A DNA stretch of 63,590 bases, counting the filler, from Octopus bimaculoides (taxonomy: Eukaryota), in the NCBI RefSeq assembly GCF_001194135.2. It is 4 parts of 4 records of this genome, joined end to end, with 100 filler letters (N's around TTAATTAATTAA, not from the genome) between each part and the next. Parts side by side here need not be neighbours in the genome. Positions count along the whole stretch, not along the records: positions 1 to 31,842 come from NC_068989.1; 3 more parts are not named here. One strand, 5' to 3'. Both the position numbers and the translations under genes were made by a program. The notes beneath the pieces are model-generated. The model did not search any database. It had not been told where the DNA came from and was given only the letters and a program-made list of their open reading frames with translations. Positions 13,262 through 25,193 of this stretch are shown here, piece by piece; the stretch's first letter is position 1; every line of letters begins with the position of its first letter.

Positions 13262-13670
13262 TATGAGGTGGTATCAAAAAGTTCTCAGATTAGTTATGTT
13301 TAATAAAAAAGAAAAAACTTATTTGTCTAAGCTTTAACATCATCTCCTCCGAAATAGTCACCTTGCGCAGCAATACACCGGTTACATCATTCCTGCCACT
13401 TTTGGAATCTGGTTTGGAAGTAATTTTCTGTAAGTGAGTTGAAGACTCTCTGCAATTTGTTCTGGATCTTGACAACAGTGTTAAAACAGCAACCTTTGAA
13501 CTGCATTTTTATCTTGGGGAAGCTACACTCTCTGAGTGGTTGGCGTTAGGAAGGGCATCCAGCGGTAGAAACTCTGCCAAATTAGATTGGAGCCTGGTGT
13601 TGCCATCCGGTTTCACCAGTCCTCAGTCAAATCGTCCAACCCATGCTAGCATGGAAAGCAGACGTTAAAC

Positions 13671-13703
<33 letters not shown>

Positions 13704-13830
13704 GAGGATGGAAGCCTGCAGGTGCTAAATCTGGCAAATAGGGTGGGTGCAGAAGCAATACCATATTGTTTTTGGCAAGATACTCACAAGTGAGATTAGA
13801 TGCTTTACAGTATATAACTATGTTCCTCAT
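13262..13830 (-). mobile_element. Mariner 3' fragment interrupted by an RTE tail
   Basis: TIR TATGAGGTGGTATCAAAAAGTT; HPPYLPDLAP and QKWQE*CNRCIAAQGDYF motifs; RTE tail inserted at 13523-13702. Confidence 0.75.
13523..13702 (+). mobile_element. RTE LINE 3' tail with (GAT)n
   Basis: Same sequence as the other RTE tails; ends GACGTTAAAC(GAT)n. Confidence 0.85.
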
Positions 13831-14204
13831 GATTTTGACTTTTACTTTTCACACTTCCAGGATTTGATAAAACAAATAATGGAATTATGCAAGCCAAAGT
13901 TTTGCAGGTAATTTTCTCTTGACATGGTGCTCTAAAGATTTTGCTTTCTTATAATGACAATTATCTTTGTTCTTGTCTAAATAAAATTGACTAAATCCCT
14001 CCATAGTTACACACTGTAAAACATCTAATCCAATTTTCTAGCACCATACTGGAATTTTAAATTTAAATACAAAGAAATGTATCTAAATACAACAAGATAT
14101 TCTGTCTGATATTCTGTTGAGTGTCAATCCTTGTCATTAGCTAAAGGAAATATTAACTAATATATATCATATTTCAGCTTTAGATGTTACTGAGCAAAAC
14201 TTAC

Positions 14205-14335
14205 TTTAAGTTCAGTGTAATATTTTGCTTCTAAATCCTCATAAGCCTTCTGTCTTAAGTTTAGTTCTTTAGTCAACTCATCCATTTCCCTGCGGTGTTG
14301 CCGCATCATATTAGTTTCTTCTTGTTGGCAACGTT
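14205..14335 (-). CDS. GOLGA4: Golgin-245-like exon (ERCQQEETNMMRQHRREMDEL...YYTELK)
   Basis: TAG acceptor in phase 1, matching the upstream exon; AAA|GTAAGT donor. Aligns in register with recalled human GOLGA4 KAQEVEAELLESHQEETNQL...RYEEIL. Confidence 0.8.
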
Positions 14336-15906
14336 CTATCAAAATATAACATTTAAAAACAAGTTAGCAGATATGGTTAGTGTAATTAGAGTGTTAGTGA
14401 AATTTCACTTTCTTCGTAAATTCATTAAAAAAAAGAGTGAAACAAAAAATATATCAAAATAGCAGTTCAGGTACGAGACTATTAACTACATGGACAGGAA
14501 TTTGGCCCGAATCATAGTGTGGTATGATCTAAACAACTAGACAACTCACATTTCGACACTTATCTCAGGGTTTTTAACTAACTATAAGTATCACTCTCTC
14601 TACATTGTCGTTGAATAGATAACAATTAAAAGAGCAATTAAAAATGTTAGCTCCAGCAATCTCAAATGTCCAAATTTGCAAAAACATGTCAGTAATGTCT
14701 GCATAGAAAATAGATCTAAAGCAGAAGAATTTACTGCTGATGAAATTCACAGAATAAGCCTTTACTGCAAAGTTCAAAGGAGCCTACATTTTGGTTTCTA
14801 AGAATGTGGAAAACAGCTAAAAACCAAAAAAAAAAAAAAAAAATTAATACAGCCCTTCAATAAAGCTTAATAGGAAAAGTAACCCTCAAAACTACTAAAC
14901 ATAATGCCTAAAGATTTTATCAATCTAAATATAGGCTTGGAGACTAATTTTAGATTACACATTTGTTATTGAAGCTTTTATAGTGAGTCCCTTATCCTTG
15001 GAGTGGTGCCCATTTGTGTAAAAGTCACTCAGACAATTATTGCAGTTCTTTCAGAACTTTAAAAAAAAAAATCTGTTTTTTGAATCAAGGGAATCTGGTG
15101 TAGGTATGTGAACAAGTAATTCAAAAGAAATGGGAGATGGTTATTAAAAATCATTATGCTGTGGTAAAAAGAAAAAAATACTGAAGTTTAAGGATCAGTA
15201 CTTTATGAAAGAAAAGAAGAAAGGGAAGTTCTATGCACTTTTATATACGAGCCCTGAGAAAGGAGATCAGAGATGAATGGTAGATGTGTGCAAAAGTAGG
15301 GTAAGCAGCAGCAGCAAAGTCATCGTGCGCAAGACTTGTCAGTGTAAACTGACGTACTGGTATGTATGTGCAGGAGAGTCAACTAGTCTGTGTACAACTA
15401 TATGAGTCGAGTGGGGAATTAGAAGAAATATAAACAGTTGCTGATATTATGTTAAGAGTTTGAAAATAAACCTTTTTTCCTAAAGTTGGTTACTAGCAGG
15501 GAGATGTGCTGTTGTAGTAATATGAAAGTTATGATGGAAATAGCCTAGGAAATTGAAATGGCAATCCAAGGGTTTAGGATGACAAGTGTTGTTGCAATGA
15601 ACACTGAGCAGATGCTCTCGGAAGTGATCTGTCAATTTTAACTATGTATAATGCATTACAAAGTTGACATTGAATGTAGTGTAATACATTTTGAAAAGAG
15701 GTGGGAAGCCTGAAAGGTGGAGTTAGAACCACATAAAGTTGTGATGTTGGTAAATAAAGAACAGGTCTTACACCTCTCCTAAAAGTAGGTAGATATTCCA
15801 GACTGACTGTGACCAGAGGTAAAGGAACTATGTTCAGGAGGTTACATGCTATAATTATGTCTGAAAGATGGAAGTGAAACTCAGGAAAGATGGGAGTAAC
15901 AGCTAG

Positions 15907-17768
15907 ATCATCATCATCATCATCATCATCATCATTGTTTAACGTCCGTTTTCCATGCTAGCATGGGTTGGACGATTTGACTGAGGACTGGTGAAACCAG
16001 ATGGCTACACTAGGCTCCAATCCGATTTGGCAGAGTTTCTACAGCTGGATGCACTTCCTAATGCCAACCACTCAGAGAGTGTAGTAGGTGCTTTTACATG
16101 CCACCGGCATGATGGCCAGTCAGGTGGTACTGGCAACGGCCATGCTCAAAATGGTGTATTTTATGTGCCACCCGCACAAGAGCCAGTCTAGGGGCACTGG
16201 CAATGATTTCGCCCGAAAATCCTACGAAGGCCAGTCAGGTGGTACTGGCAACGGCTATACTCAAAATGGTGTATTTTATGTGCCACCCGCACAAGAGCCA
16301 GTCCAGGGGCACTGGCAACGATCTCGCTCGAAAATCCTACGAAGGCCAGTCAGGCGGTACTGGCAACGGCTATGCTCAAAATGGTGTATTTTATGTGCCA
16401 CCTGTACAAGAGCCAGTCCAGGGGCACTGGCAACGATCTCGCTTGAAAGTCCTTAAACATGCCGAGGGCACAAGTGCAAGAAAGGCGACACTGAGCACAG
16501 GTGCCATCACAATTTTGCTTGCCCCAATAAGTCTTCGCAAGCTGNNNNNNNNNNNNNNNNNNNNNNNNNNNNNNNNNNNNNNNNNNNNNNNNNNNNNNNN
16601 NNNNNNNNNNNNNNNNNNNNNNNNNNNNNNNNNNNNNNNNNNNNNNNNNNNNNNNNNNNNNNNNNNNNNNNNNNNNNNNNNNNNNNNNNNNNNNNNNNNN
16701 NNNNNNNNNNNNNNNNNNNNNNNNNNNNNNNNNNNNNNNNNNNNNNNNNNNNNNNNNNNNNNNNNNNNNNNNNNNNNNNNNNNNNNNNNNNNNNNNNNNN
16801 NNNNNNNNNNNNNNNNNNNNNNNNNNNNNNNNNNNNNNNNNNNNNNNNNNNNNNNNNNNNNNNNNNNNNNNNNNNNNNNNNNNNNNNNNNNNNNNNNNNN
16901 NNNNNNNNNNNNNNNNNNNNNNNNNNNNNNNNNNNNNNNNNNNNNNNNNNNNNNNNNNNNNNNNNNNNNNNNNNNNNNNNNNNNNNNNNNNNNNNNNNNN
17001 NNNNNNNNNNNNNNNNNNNNNNNNNNNNNNNNNNNNNNNNNNNNNNNNNNNNNNNNNNNNNNNNNNNNNNNNNNNNNNNNNNNNNNNNNNNNNNNNNNNN
17101 NNNNNNNNNNNNNNNNNNNNNNNNNNNNNNNNNNNNNNNNNNNNNNNNNNNNNNNNNNNNNNNNNNNNNNNNNNNNNNNNNNNNNNNNNNNNNNNNNNNN
17201 NNNNNNNNNNNNNNNNNNNNNAGTTTAGTGTCCAATGAAGGAATGTACGCATAAGTGGACTGGCTGAGGCCTTAGATTTAGGTCTCACTTGGCTTGCCGG
17301 GTCTTCTCATGAACAGTATATGGCAGAGTTTCTACAGCTGGATGCCCTTCCTAATGCCAACCACTCAGAGAGTGTAGTGGGTGCTTTTACGTGCCACTGG
17401 CATGAAGGCCAGTCAGGCGGTACTGGCAACGGCCACGCTCAAAATGGTGTATTTTATGTGCCACCCACACAGGAGCCAGTCCAGTGGCACTGGCAACGAT
17501 CTTGCTCAAAAGTCCTTACACATGCTGCGGACACACGTGCCAGAAAGGTGACGCTGGGCACAGGTGCCTTCATGATTTCGCTTTCCCCAATAAGTCTTTG
17601 CAAGCTGAGTTTCGTGTCCAATGAAGGAGACGACGTTGGCATGGGTGCCAGTCGTCGAATTTAAGTCGATTTCGATTTCACTTGCCCCAACAGGTCTTCG
17701 CAAGTGGAGTTTAGTGTCCAATTTAACTCGATTTCGATTTCACTTGCCTCAACAGGTCTTCGCAAGTG
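15907..17768 (-). mobile_element. RTE 3' UTR copies in tandem, spanning an N gap
   Basis: (CAT)n tail at 15907 followed by the reverse complement of the RTE 3' UTR; a second UTR copy begins at about 17321. Confidence 0.8.
16114..16445. repeat. 115-bp tandem repeat, about 3 copies, within the RTE 3' UTR
   Basis: GGCCAGTCAGG unit starts at 16114, 16229 and 16344. Confidence 0.9.
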
Positions 17769-18599
17769 GAGTTGTGGTTGGATAGTGAGAGAAAGTGAGG
17801 GGCAAAGGAACAAAGTAGGATAGGATTAAAGAGATGTGGTTAATGGCTCAGGCTTGGAGACAGACACAAAGTAAGCATGAGAAGGAATCACAGTGTGAAA
17901 GAAGTAGAATATTTGGTGCGATTTAGCCTCAGAAAGCCTCCATCTTCACTACTGTAGAAGTGACAAAGATGGAGGCAGTGGAAGAAAGGGATAGTAAATT
18001 TAGTATGTGTTGGGGAGGAAGGGAAGAAACAAAAGTAGGGGTGAGAGATGTCAGGTTTATAAAAGACAGGAGTGAAGAGGTGATAAGTTGTCAATGGAAA
18101 TGAGAATGTCTAAGAAGTTAATGTTGGAAGCTGCTCCTGCATAAAAGAGCCATCAACATTATGGTCATCAATATAATGATCTTATCTAATGATCTGTGGT
18201 GGAACCAGTAAACAAAATGAAAATCTTGGCCTCAAGATAACCAACAGCCAATGTAGTGATATGCTGGTAGAACTCAGTCAAGGAAGGGAAGCAACTGAAA
18301 GTAAAGATGAGTTTGGCAAGATACAGAAATGTAGGAATATTAAAGTTGAGTGTGGTGCACATGTCAAGAAACAATTTAAGGGTCAGGATGATGGTATAGA
18401 GGAATTTAATGTTTATAGTAAAAAGGAGTTGAGATGGGCCAAGAAGGAAAGAACAATTGAAGAGATGAGGTTAGACATGGCACCATGGATGTGAAATGGA
18501 AGGGCTGTAACCAAAGAAAACAAGAGTTAATCAAGATATCTAGAAATGTGTTAGTGTAAAGTCATTGGATGGTTTGACATAGATTATAGCATATATAGC

Positions 18600-19380
18600 A
18601 TGAAAGTCAGCAATTCTTTTGCCATAAGTCATACTCTAACTGGAATAGCTGATTGCTCTTGGGAATTACAAAAACAACTGATTATGTATATGTACACAAG
18701 TCCTTTCATCACCATCATCACACTTTTATGTGATTCTAAGTCCACCTTCAAAGTTTCCAACCACTTCATGTCTAAATCCAACAGTGTACTCAACATCGAA
18801 TGTCAACTTACTAAAGCATTGCACATATTTGAAACTTAGCTAATGCTTGGCAGATCACTTCTGAGAGTACCTGTTCCACATTTGTTACAATATCTGTCTC
18901 CCTAAACTTATGGGTTACAATTTCAACTTTCTAGATGGTTCCTACTCTATATTCAGATTACTCCAATACCGTGTCTTCCTATTAGCAGGCAAATTTGGGA
19001 GCATAGATTTTCAAACTAGACATGCCAACATTTCACGGCATCAACAATTATTTATATTTCTTCTAATTTCCATCCAACACATATAAATATACTTATAAAC
19101 ATACCTACATCTGTGCTACTTGATTCTGCTGATACATATCAAAGTGCCCACATAAATACACACACATCAACACTACCACTGCTTACCCTTCTCTTTGTGT
19201 ATGTCCAATGTTCTTCCCACCATTTACCTCTACTCTCCTCTATGCAGAACCCACATTCCTATCTACCCACTTCCTTACTCCATTTTTAACAGGACTCTTG
19301 TCTAACAGCTCACAGAACTATTTCTTTTTTTCCTTGATAAAAGGCTTCAACCAGAAATATTGAAACTTTTCCATTCTTCA
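18600..19380 (+). mobile_element. Inverted Penelope 3' (GIY-YIG) fragment
   Basis: 18796-18930 is homologous to the reverse complement of about 15560-15700 (e.g. GAATGTCAACTT...CAGATCACTTCTGAGAG). Confidence 0.55.
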
Positions 19381-19949
19381 CAGTAACTACATTTCCTTTA
19401 GCATTCAGATTACTCTGTCAAATGCAATGCTTATTTATTTACATTGATTTGAATTTATCATAAATTCTCTTGTAGCTTTGAGATTCCAATAATATGATTG
19501 CTTCTTTTTACAATGACATTGTTAGGTAGGGGAGAGTAGCCAGATCTAGCCAGTTTAAACATATAACTGGTAGAAAAGTTTGGGTCGGATGGCTGGTTTA
19601 AATGCTGAAGGGTTGAAAACAGAAGGTTAATGAAGAATAAATGAAAACTACAAAAAATGCCAGTCTTGTCAAAATTTCTAAAAGGCAAATGCTTTATAAT
19701 TTTTCCACAAACACTTTGTAGAAGACAGATTGGTGGCACAGCCTTAAAACCTACATGTTATCATTAATGATAAAACTAGCCAGTTTTAATAATTTTCATA
19801 TTATTAAAAAAAAAACAACCCAAAATGTTAAAATCAATAAAAAAAGTAAAACATTAAGCATTTTATTTACCTTAAACTACATATTTTTAAAATATATAAC
19901 TTCAAAGGGAGAAACATTTTGAAAGAATGTTTAATCGTAAAAAACTTAC

Positions 19950-20205
19950 CTAGTGCTTCATTAAAAGACTCTTCATAGCCTTTGTCTTTCTCTGCCAACT
20001 GTTGATGAATATCTTTAACTAATGCTTTGATCTTAGCATTGTGTATATTTTCCACTTCTTGCTTCTCAAGCTCATGTTGTTTCTTTAAGAATTCAACTTC
20101 TTCCGTATGTTTTCTCTCGGAGTTTAACTTGCTTTCTTCAAAAGATGATTTTAGTTTTTGCAACTGTTGATTTAAGTTCTCTTTCTCTATCTTAAGTGAC
20201 TTTAT
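19950..20205 (-). CDS. GOLGA4: Golgin-245-like exon (IKSLKIEKEN...HNAKIKALVKDIHQQLAEKDKGYEESFNEAL)
   Basis: CAG acceptor, G|GTAAGT donor, phase 0/1. HNAKIKALVKDIHQQLAEKD resembles recalled human GOLGA4 HNSTLKQLMREFNTQLAQKE. Confidence 0.8.
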
Positions 20206-21423
20206 CTGTGGAAATATTTAATGAAGAAACTCATTTATATATCTTGCAGAGTTACAGTTTTGTAAACTTCTAAAATAGAGAGTAGCAGCTGACAAAGTCA
20301 ATAGTTTGTTGTTTGGTCCTGTTGCTAACAGGAGGATCAATAGATTCCTTCCTACATGGTCAAGACACTCAAGATATTGATAGACTAATTTAACTTATGT
20401 ATCATAAGTAGATGCAACTCTTCATGTTTAACAGCAGAAGCAACAGTTTCAGTAACTTGCAGTGCTGAGTTGAACTTTTTTAATCATCCATGCCTCTTTC
20501 TCAAGAATTGCTACTCAAATATGGGTCATTTCTTAGTTCTCCACAGAACTTCCTTTCTTTCATTTATTCCCCAAAATAAACCTACAATTTTTCAAATCCA
20601 TATATACTACATCAATCATAAGAGTGGACAAGATAGGTGAGAATAAATTATAAGTAATAAGTAATCTAAAATCTAAGGAATCTAATCTCAAAAACATACT
20701 GCATGCCACTTCAGCTCTCCAGACCATTTCCACTTACATCTTACCATTGGTGGTCTTTCGCAACATAATTCTCTTTCTAGCTTGCTCCCCAGAGAACAAA
20801 AAAATGATTTTCTTATTGAGAATGGCTGCTCCTGCTCGATTCAAAACTGTTTAGCTTTATCTCACATCCACTCCATTTGCACCATCTAAATCTTCTATAT
20901 GTACCTATTCACACATATATGTTGCTGTGTGTACACAAGCTTATTTTACTTCCAATTATATATTGTCTCACTTTCTTCTACCTATACTACATACAACATT
21001 CTGTTCCATCCCCTTTTCTTTTAGTGCATCTTCAACAGTCACTCACAATCCATTACATTCTCTTCTGCCAGAAACTATACACTCAAGCCCACTCCCATTC
21101 TACTGCCAGTCATTCTTGTTCAATAACACATGTAAAATTTTTTCTCTAACTTATATTTTTTCTGTCTTGATAAAGTGCTTCTTACTTGAAATATAGATAC
21201 TTTTATCTTTTATTTGTTTCAGTTTTTAGAATGTGGCCATGCTGGGGCAGCACCTTGAAGCATCTTTAGCCGAATGAATTTCATTTTTTAAAGTTTGGTA
21301 CTTATTTTATCAGTTCTCTTTTGCCAAACCACTACGTGATGTAAACATATCAACACTGGTTGGCAAGCAGTAGTGAGGGACAGACACAGACACACACATA
21401 AATAAATAAATAAAACGGAAAGA

Positions 21424-22707
21424 AGACTATCGTATATCCCTTCAGGTAGGTGGCTCTGCTCGATCTGTAGAAAAGGCATAGGTAGAAACTCTATAAGATG
21501 CAACTTCTGCCACATTCCAAGGAGAAAAACTAGACGTAGTTGATAGCTTCCACTATCTAGGTGACCAAGTTAGTAGTGGGGGAGGGTGCGCTGAAAGTGC
21601 TGCAGCTAGAATAAGAATAGCCTGGGCAGAGTTCAGAGAGCTCTTACCTCTGCTGGTGACAAAGGGCTTCTCACTCAGAGTAAAAGGCAGACTGTATGAC
21701 GCATGTGTACGAACAGCCATGCTACATGGCAGTGAAACATGGGCCGTGACTGCTGAGGACATGCGTAAGCTTGCAAGGAATGAAGCCAGTATGCTCCGAT
21801 GGATGTGTAATGTCAGTGTGCATACTTGACGGAGTGTAAGTACCTCGAGAGAAAAGTTGAACCTAAGAAGCATCAGTTGTGTTGTGCATGAGAGACGATT
21901 GCACTGGTGTGGTCATGTGGGGAGAATGGATGAGGATAGCTGTGTGAAAAAGTGCCACACCCTAGCGGTTGAGGGAACCTGTGGAAGATGTAGGTCCAGG
22001 AAGACCTGGGATGAGGTGGTGAAGCACGACCTTCGAACATTAGGCCTCACTGACGCAATGACTTCTGACCGAGACCTTTGGAAATATGCTGTTCGTGAGA
22101 AGACTCAGCAAGCCAAGTGAGACCAAAATCCAATGCCTCTGCCAGGGATGTAGCCAGCCCACTTATGCATACCTTTCCTTCATTGAACACTAAACTCGGC
22201 TTGCGAAGACCTGTTGGGGCAAGTGAAAGTGAAATCATGATGGCACCTGTACCAGTGGAGCGCTAAGAGCACCGTTCGAGCGTGATCGTTGCCAGAGCAG
22301 CTGTCTGGCTTCCATGCCAGTGGCACGTAAATAGCACCATTTGAGCGTGATCATTACCAGCGCCGCCTTCCTGGCACTTGTTCCAGTGGCACGTGAAAAG
22401 ACATTCGAGCGAGATCATTGCCAGTGCCACTGGACTGGGTCCTGTGCAGGTGGCATGTAAAATACACCATTTTGAGCGTGGCCGTTGCCAGTACCTCTTG
22501 ACTGGCCTTCATGCCAGTGGCACGTAAAAGCAACCACTACACTCTCGGAGTGGTTGGCATTAGGAAGGGCATCCAGCTGTAGAAACACTGCCAAATCAGA
22601 TTGGAGCCTGGTGTAGCCACCTGGTTCACCAGTCCTCAATCAAATTGTCCAACCCGTGCTAGCATGGAAAGCGGACGTTAGATGATGATGATGATGATGA
22701 TGATGAT
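21424..22707 (+). mobile_element. 5'-truncated RTE LINE with complete 3' UTR and (GAT)n tail
   Basis: RIRIAWAEFRELLPLL, GRLYDACVRTAMLHGSETW and WCGHVGRM motifs; internal deletion in the Cys-rich region. Confidence 0.9.
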
Positions 22708-22724
22708 ATATATATATATATATA

Positions 22725-22860
22725 TACGATAATCTTCTTTCAGTTTCCATTTACTCACAAAGCTTTGGTTAGACTGAAGCTATAGTAGAAGACACTTGCC
22801 CAAGGTGCCATGCAGTGGGACTGAAACCAGAACCATGTGGTTACAAAGCAAGCTTCTGTC
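22725..22860 (-). mobile_element. SINE family A 5' half
   Basis: Reverse complement of 23655-23790. Confidence 0.8.
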
Positions 22861-23164
22861 AATATAGCCCCTTCTTTACTTTTTTTCATAGTGTAATACA
22901 TTGACTTTGTTTACTCCTGTTGTGATGTGTTTTTAATCACAAATATGCTTACAAGCAAACTTTCTTCCTGGACATCATGCTAAAATATGTGGGTGGGGGT
23001 ATTTTGTGATACACAAAATTCCCAAGATGATCAAAGGTTCCCATACAAAGCTCATCAAAACCCGTAAATTTACAACTGTTCTTCTATCCTGCTAAACTGG
23101 CATGAAGTATCAATTTATGAAAGATTATGTTGTGGTTAATAATTCTACATAAAATAGTTATTAC

Positions 23165-23341
23165 CTCAGTTTCATACATTTCTTCTTGTTGGGTGATTTT
23201 CATTTCAAGATTCAAGAGTTGTCGGTTTAGCTGTTCGTTTTCAGATTTTATCTGTGATTCAGATGTCCGTTTATTCTCAGCCAGCTGAAGTTTGTCTTGT
23301 AAGATGTTCTCTCGGTCTCTCATTTTCTCTAGGTGATCAAT
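23165..23341 (-). CDS. GOLGA4: Golgin-245-like exon (most 5' visible), 59 codons (IDHLEKMRD...EEMYETE)
   Basis: TGCAG acceptor, GAG|GTAATA donor, phase 0/0, in frame with exon 19950-20205. Confidence 0.75.
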
Positions 23342-23632
23342 CTGCAATTATAACAATTTGAAGATAAGCCAATGGTAAAGTACAAATACCAGCACTTGCC
23401 CTTTTAGAAATAACAGTGAAATTTTCCTCAAATCACATCCTGCAACCTTAAAAAGAAGGATACGTTGGATATTGCACTCTTTTGCTATCATAACTCCTCA
23501 TTGCTTTAATAGATTCTCTGATGTAATCCTTTCATGTAAACACTAATTTTTCTCCACTTTTGCCCATTATGCATATGTGTATGTGTGTGTGTATAGATAT
23601 ATGCATGCATCAATGTATGTATATTTATATAT

Positions 23633-24028
23633 AGGTGCAGGAGTGGCTGCGTGGTAAGTAGCTTGCTTACCAACCACATGGTTCTGGGTTCAGTCCCATT
23701 GCTTGGCACCTTGGGCAAGTGTCTTCTACTATAGCCTCGGGCCGACCAAAGCCTTGTGAGTGGATTTGGCAGACGGAAACTGAAAGAAGCCCGTCACACA
23801 TACATATGTATGTGTGTTTGTGTGCCTGTGTTTGTCCCCCCGCCATCGCTTGACAACCGATGCTGGTGTGTTTACGTCCCCGTAACTTAGCAGTTCGGCA
23901 AAAGGCACCGATAGAATAAGTACTAGGCTTCCAAAGAATAAGTCCTGGGGTCGATTTGTTCGACTAAAGGCGGTGCTCCAGCATGGCCACAGTCAAATGA
24001 CTGAAACAAGTAAAAGAGTAAAAGAGTA
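23633..24028 (+). mobile_element. SINE family A, near full length
   Basis: tRNA-like head with A and B boxes, core-like box, microsatellite, (AAAAGAGT)n tail. Confidence 0.85.
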
Positions 24029-24350
24029 TACATCAATAAATATATATGTATAGATATGTGTGTAGATCTGTGTGTCTGTGCTTGTGTATATAAACATATT
24101 TGATTATGCATGTGTGTCTGTATGTGGGGACATGTGTGTGTGTTTTGTGTGGATATACATCTCCAAATGTTTGTGAGTGTGTGTATTTACGTGGATGTGG
24201 ACTTGAGAGCGCTTCTGTAGATGTGTATATATGTGGATGCATTTTGTGTTGTATGTGAATATATGTTTTCATATTTATGTATGCATGCATGCATCTGTGT
24301 ATATGTGTGTGTGCATGTGGATATGTGTGCATGTATGTGTCCACATGGAT

Positions 24351-24421
<71 letters not shown>

Positions 24422-24834
24422 TATATATGTAAATTTCTGTATATGTATGTGTGTGTAGGTATATATGTGTGTGAGTATGTGTATGCATGTGGGTGTATAG
24501 AAGTGTGTGTGTGGGGACATGTGTGCACATGGCTGGATGTACATACAGATGTATATGTGTGTGTGTATGTCAATATGTGTAGACACATGGGCTTGGTTTT
24601 GAGGGGATTTGTGTGTGTGTGGACGTCTGTGAATGTATAGGAAAGGGAAATGATTCAAGCAAACTACAATTCTCTTATATATATATATGTATTTTTTTTT
24701 TTTTATAAACTTTTTTCAGTTATTAGGATGTGGCAATGGTGGGATACTGCCTTGAAGAATTTTAATCAAATGAATTGACCTCAGTACTTCTTTTTAAAAA
24801 AAAAAATAGACCGAAAGACACACACACACACACA

Positions 24835-24992
24835 TATGATGGATTTCTTTCAGTTTCCATCTACCGAATCCATTCACAAAATTTTAGTCGACCCGAGGCT
24901 ATAGTAGAAAACACTTGCCCAAGGTGCCAAGCAGTGGGACTGAACACGAAGCCATATAGTTGGGAAGCAAGCTTCTTACTGCACAGCCATGC
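24835..24992 (-). mobile_element. SINE family A 5' half
   Basis: Reverse complement of the family A head and core. Confidence 0.75.
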
Positions 24993-25193
24993 TTGTGTGT
25001 GTGTGTTGTGGATGAGTGAATCCATGGTAGTGAATAAGAGAGAACGAGTAGGGGGTGAAGAGAAGTAGGAGTGAAGAGAAGTAAAGAGAAGTAGGAGTCG
25101 GAGTAGGAGAGGGGAGGTGGGTGGGAGGAAGTAAGAGGGAAGGCGGAGGGGGAGATAGGCAAGGGGAGGGGGTTAGATGAAGAGAGAGGGGAG

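Larger units (their letters stand above)
15230..18490 (-). mobile_element. Decayed Penelope-like element (RT, thumb, GIY-YIG) split by an RTE insertion
   Basis: FTINIKFLYT, HYIDD and VFYKPDISHPY...HTKFTIPF on the 17780-18490 side; CQLCNALYI and DHFREHL on the 15560-15840 side. Confidence 0.6.

Noticed and set aside
16114-16445. CRISPR-like array (also 56255-56324)
   Set aside because: Contiguous tandem units without unique spacers, in a eukaryotic TE context.
16203-17288. Long ORFs running through N gaps (also 25586-26017, 50225-50959, 55200-56041, 60972-61371)
   Set aside because: Their length comes from unknown bases translated as X.
25050-25190. G-rich purine tract as a G-quadruplex element
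   Set aside because: Irregular G runs in low-complexity sequence with no functional context.
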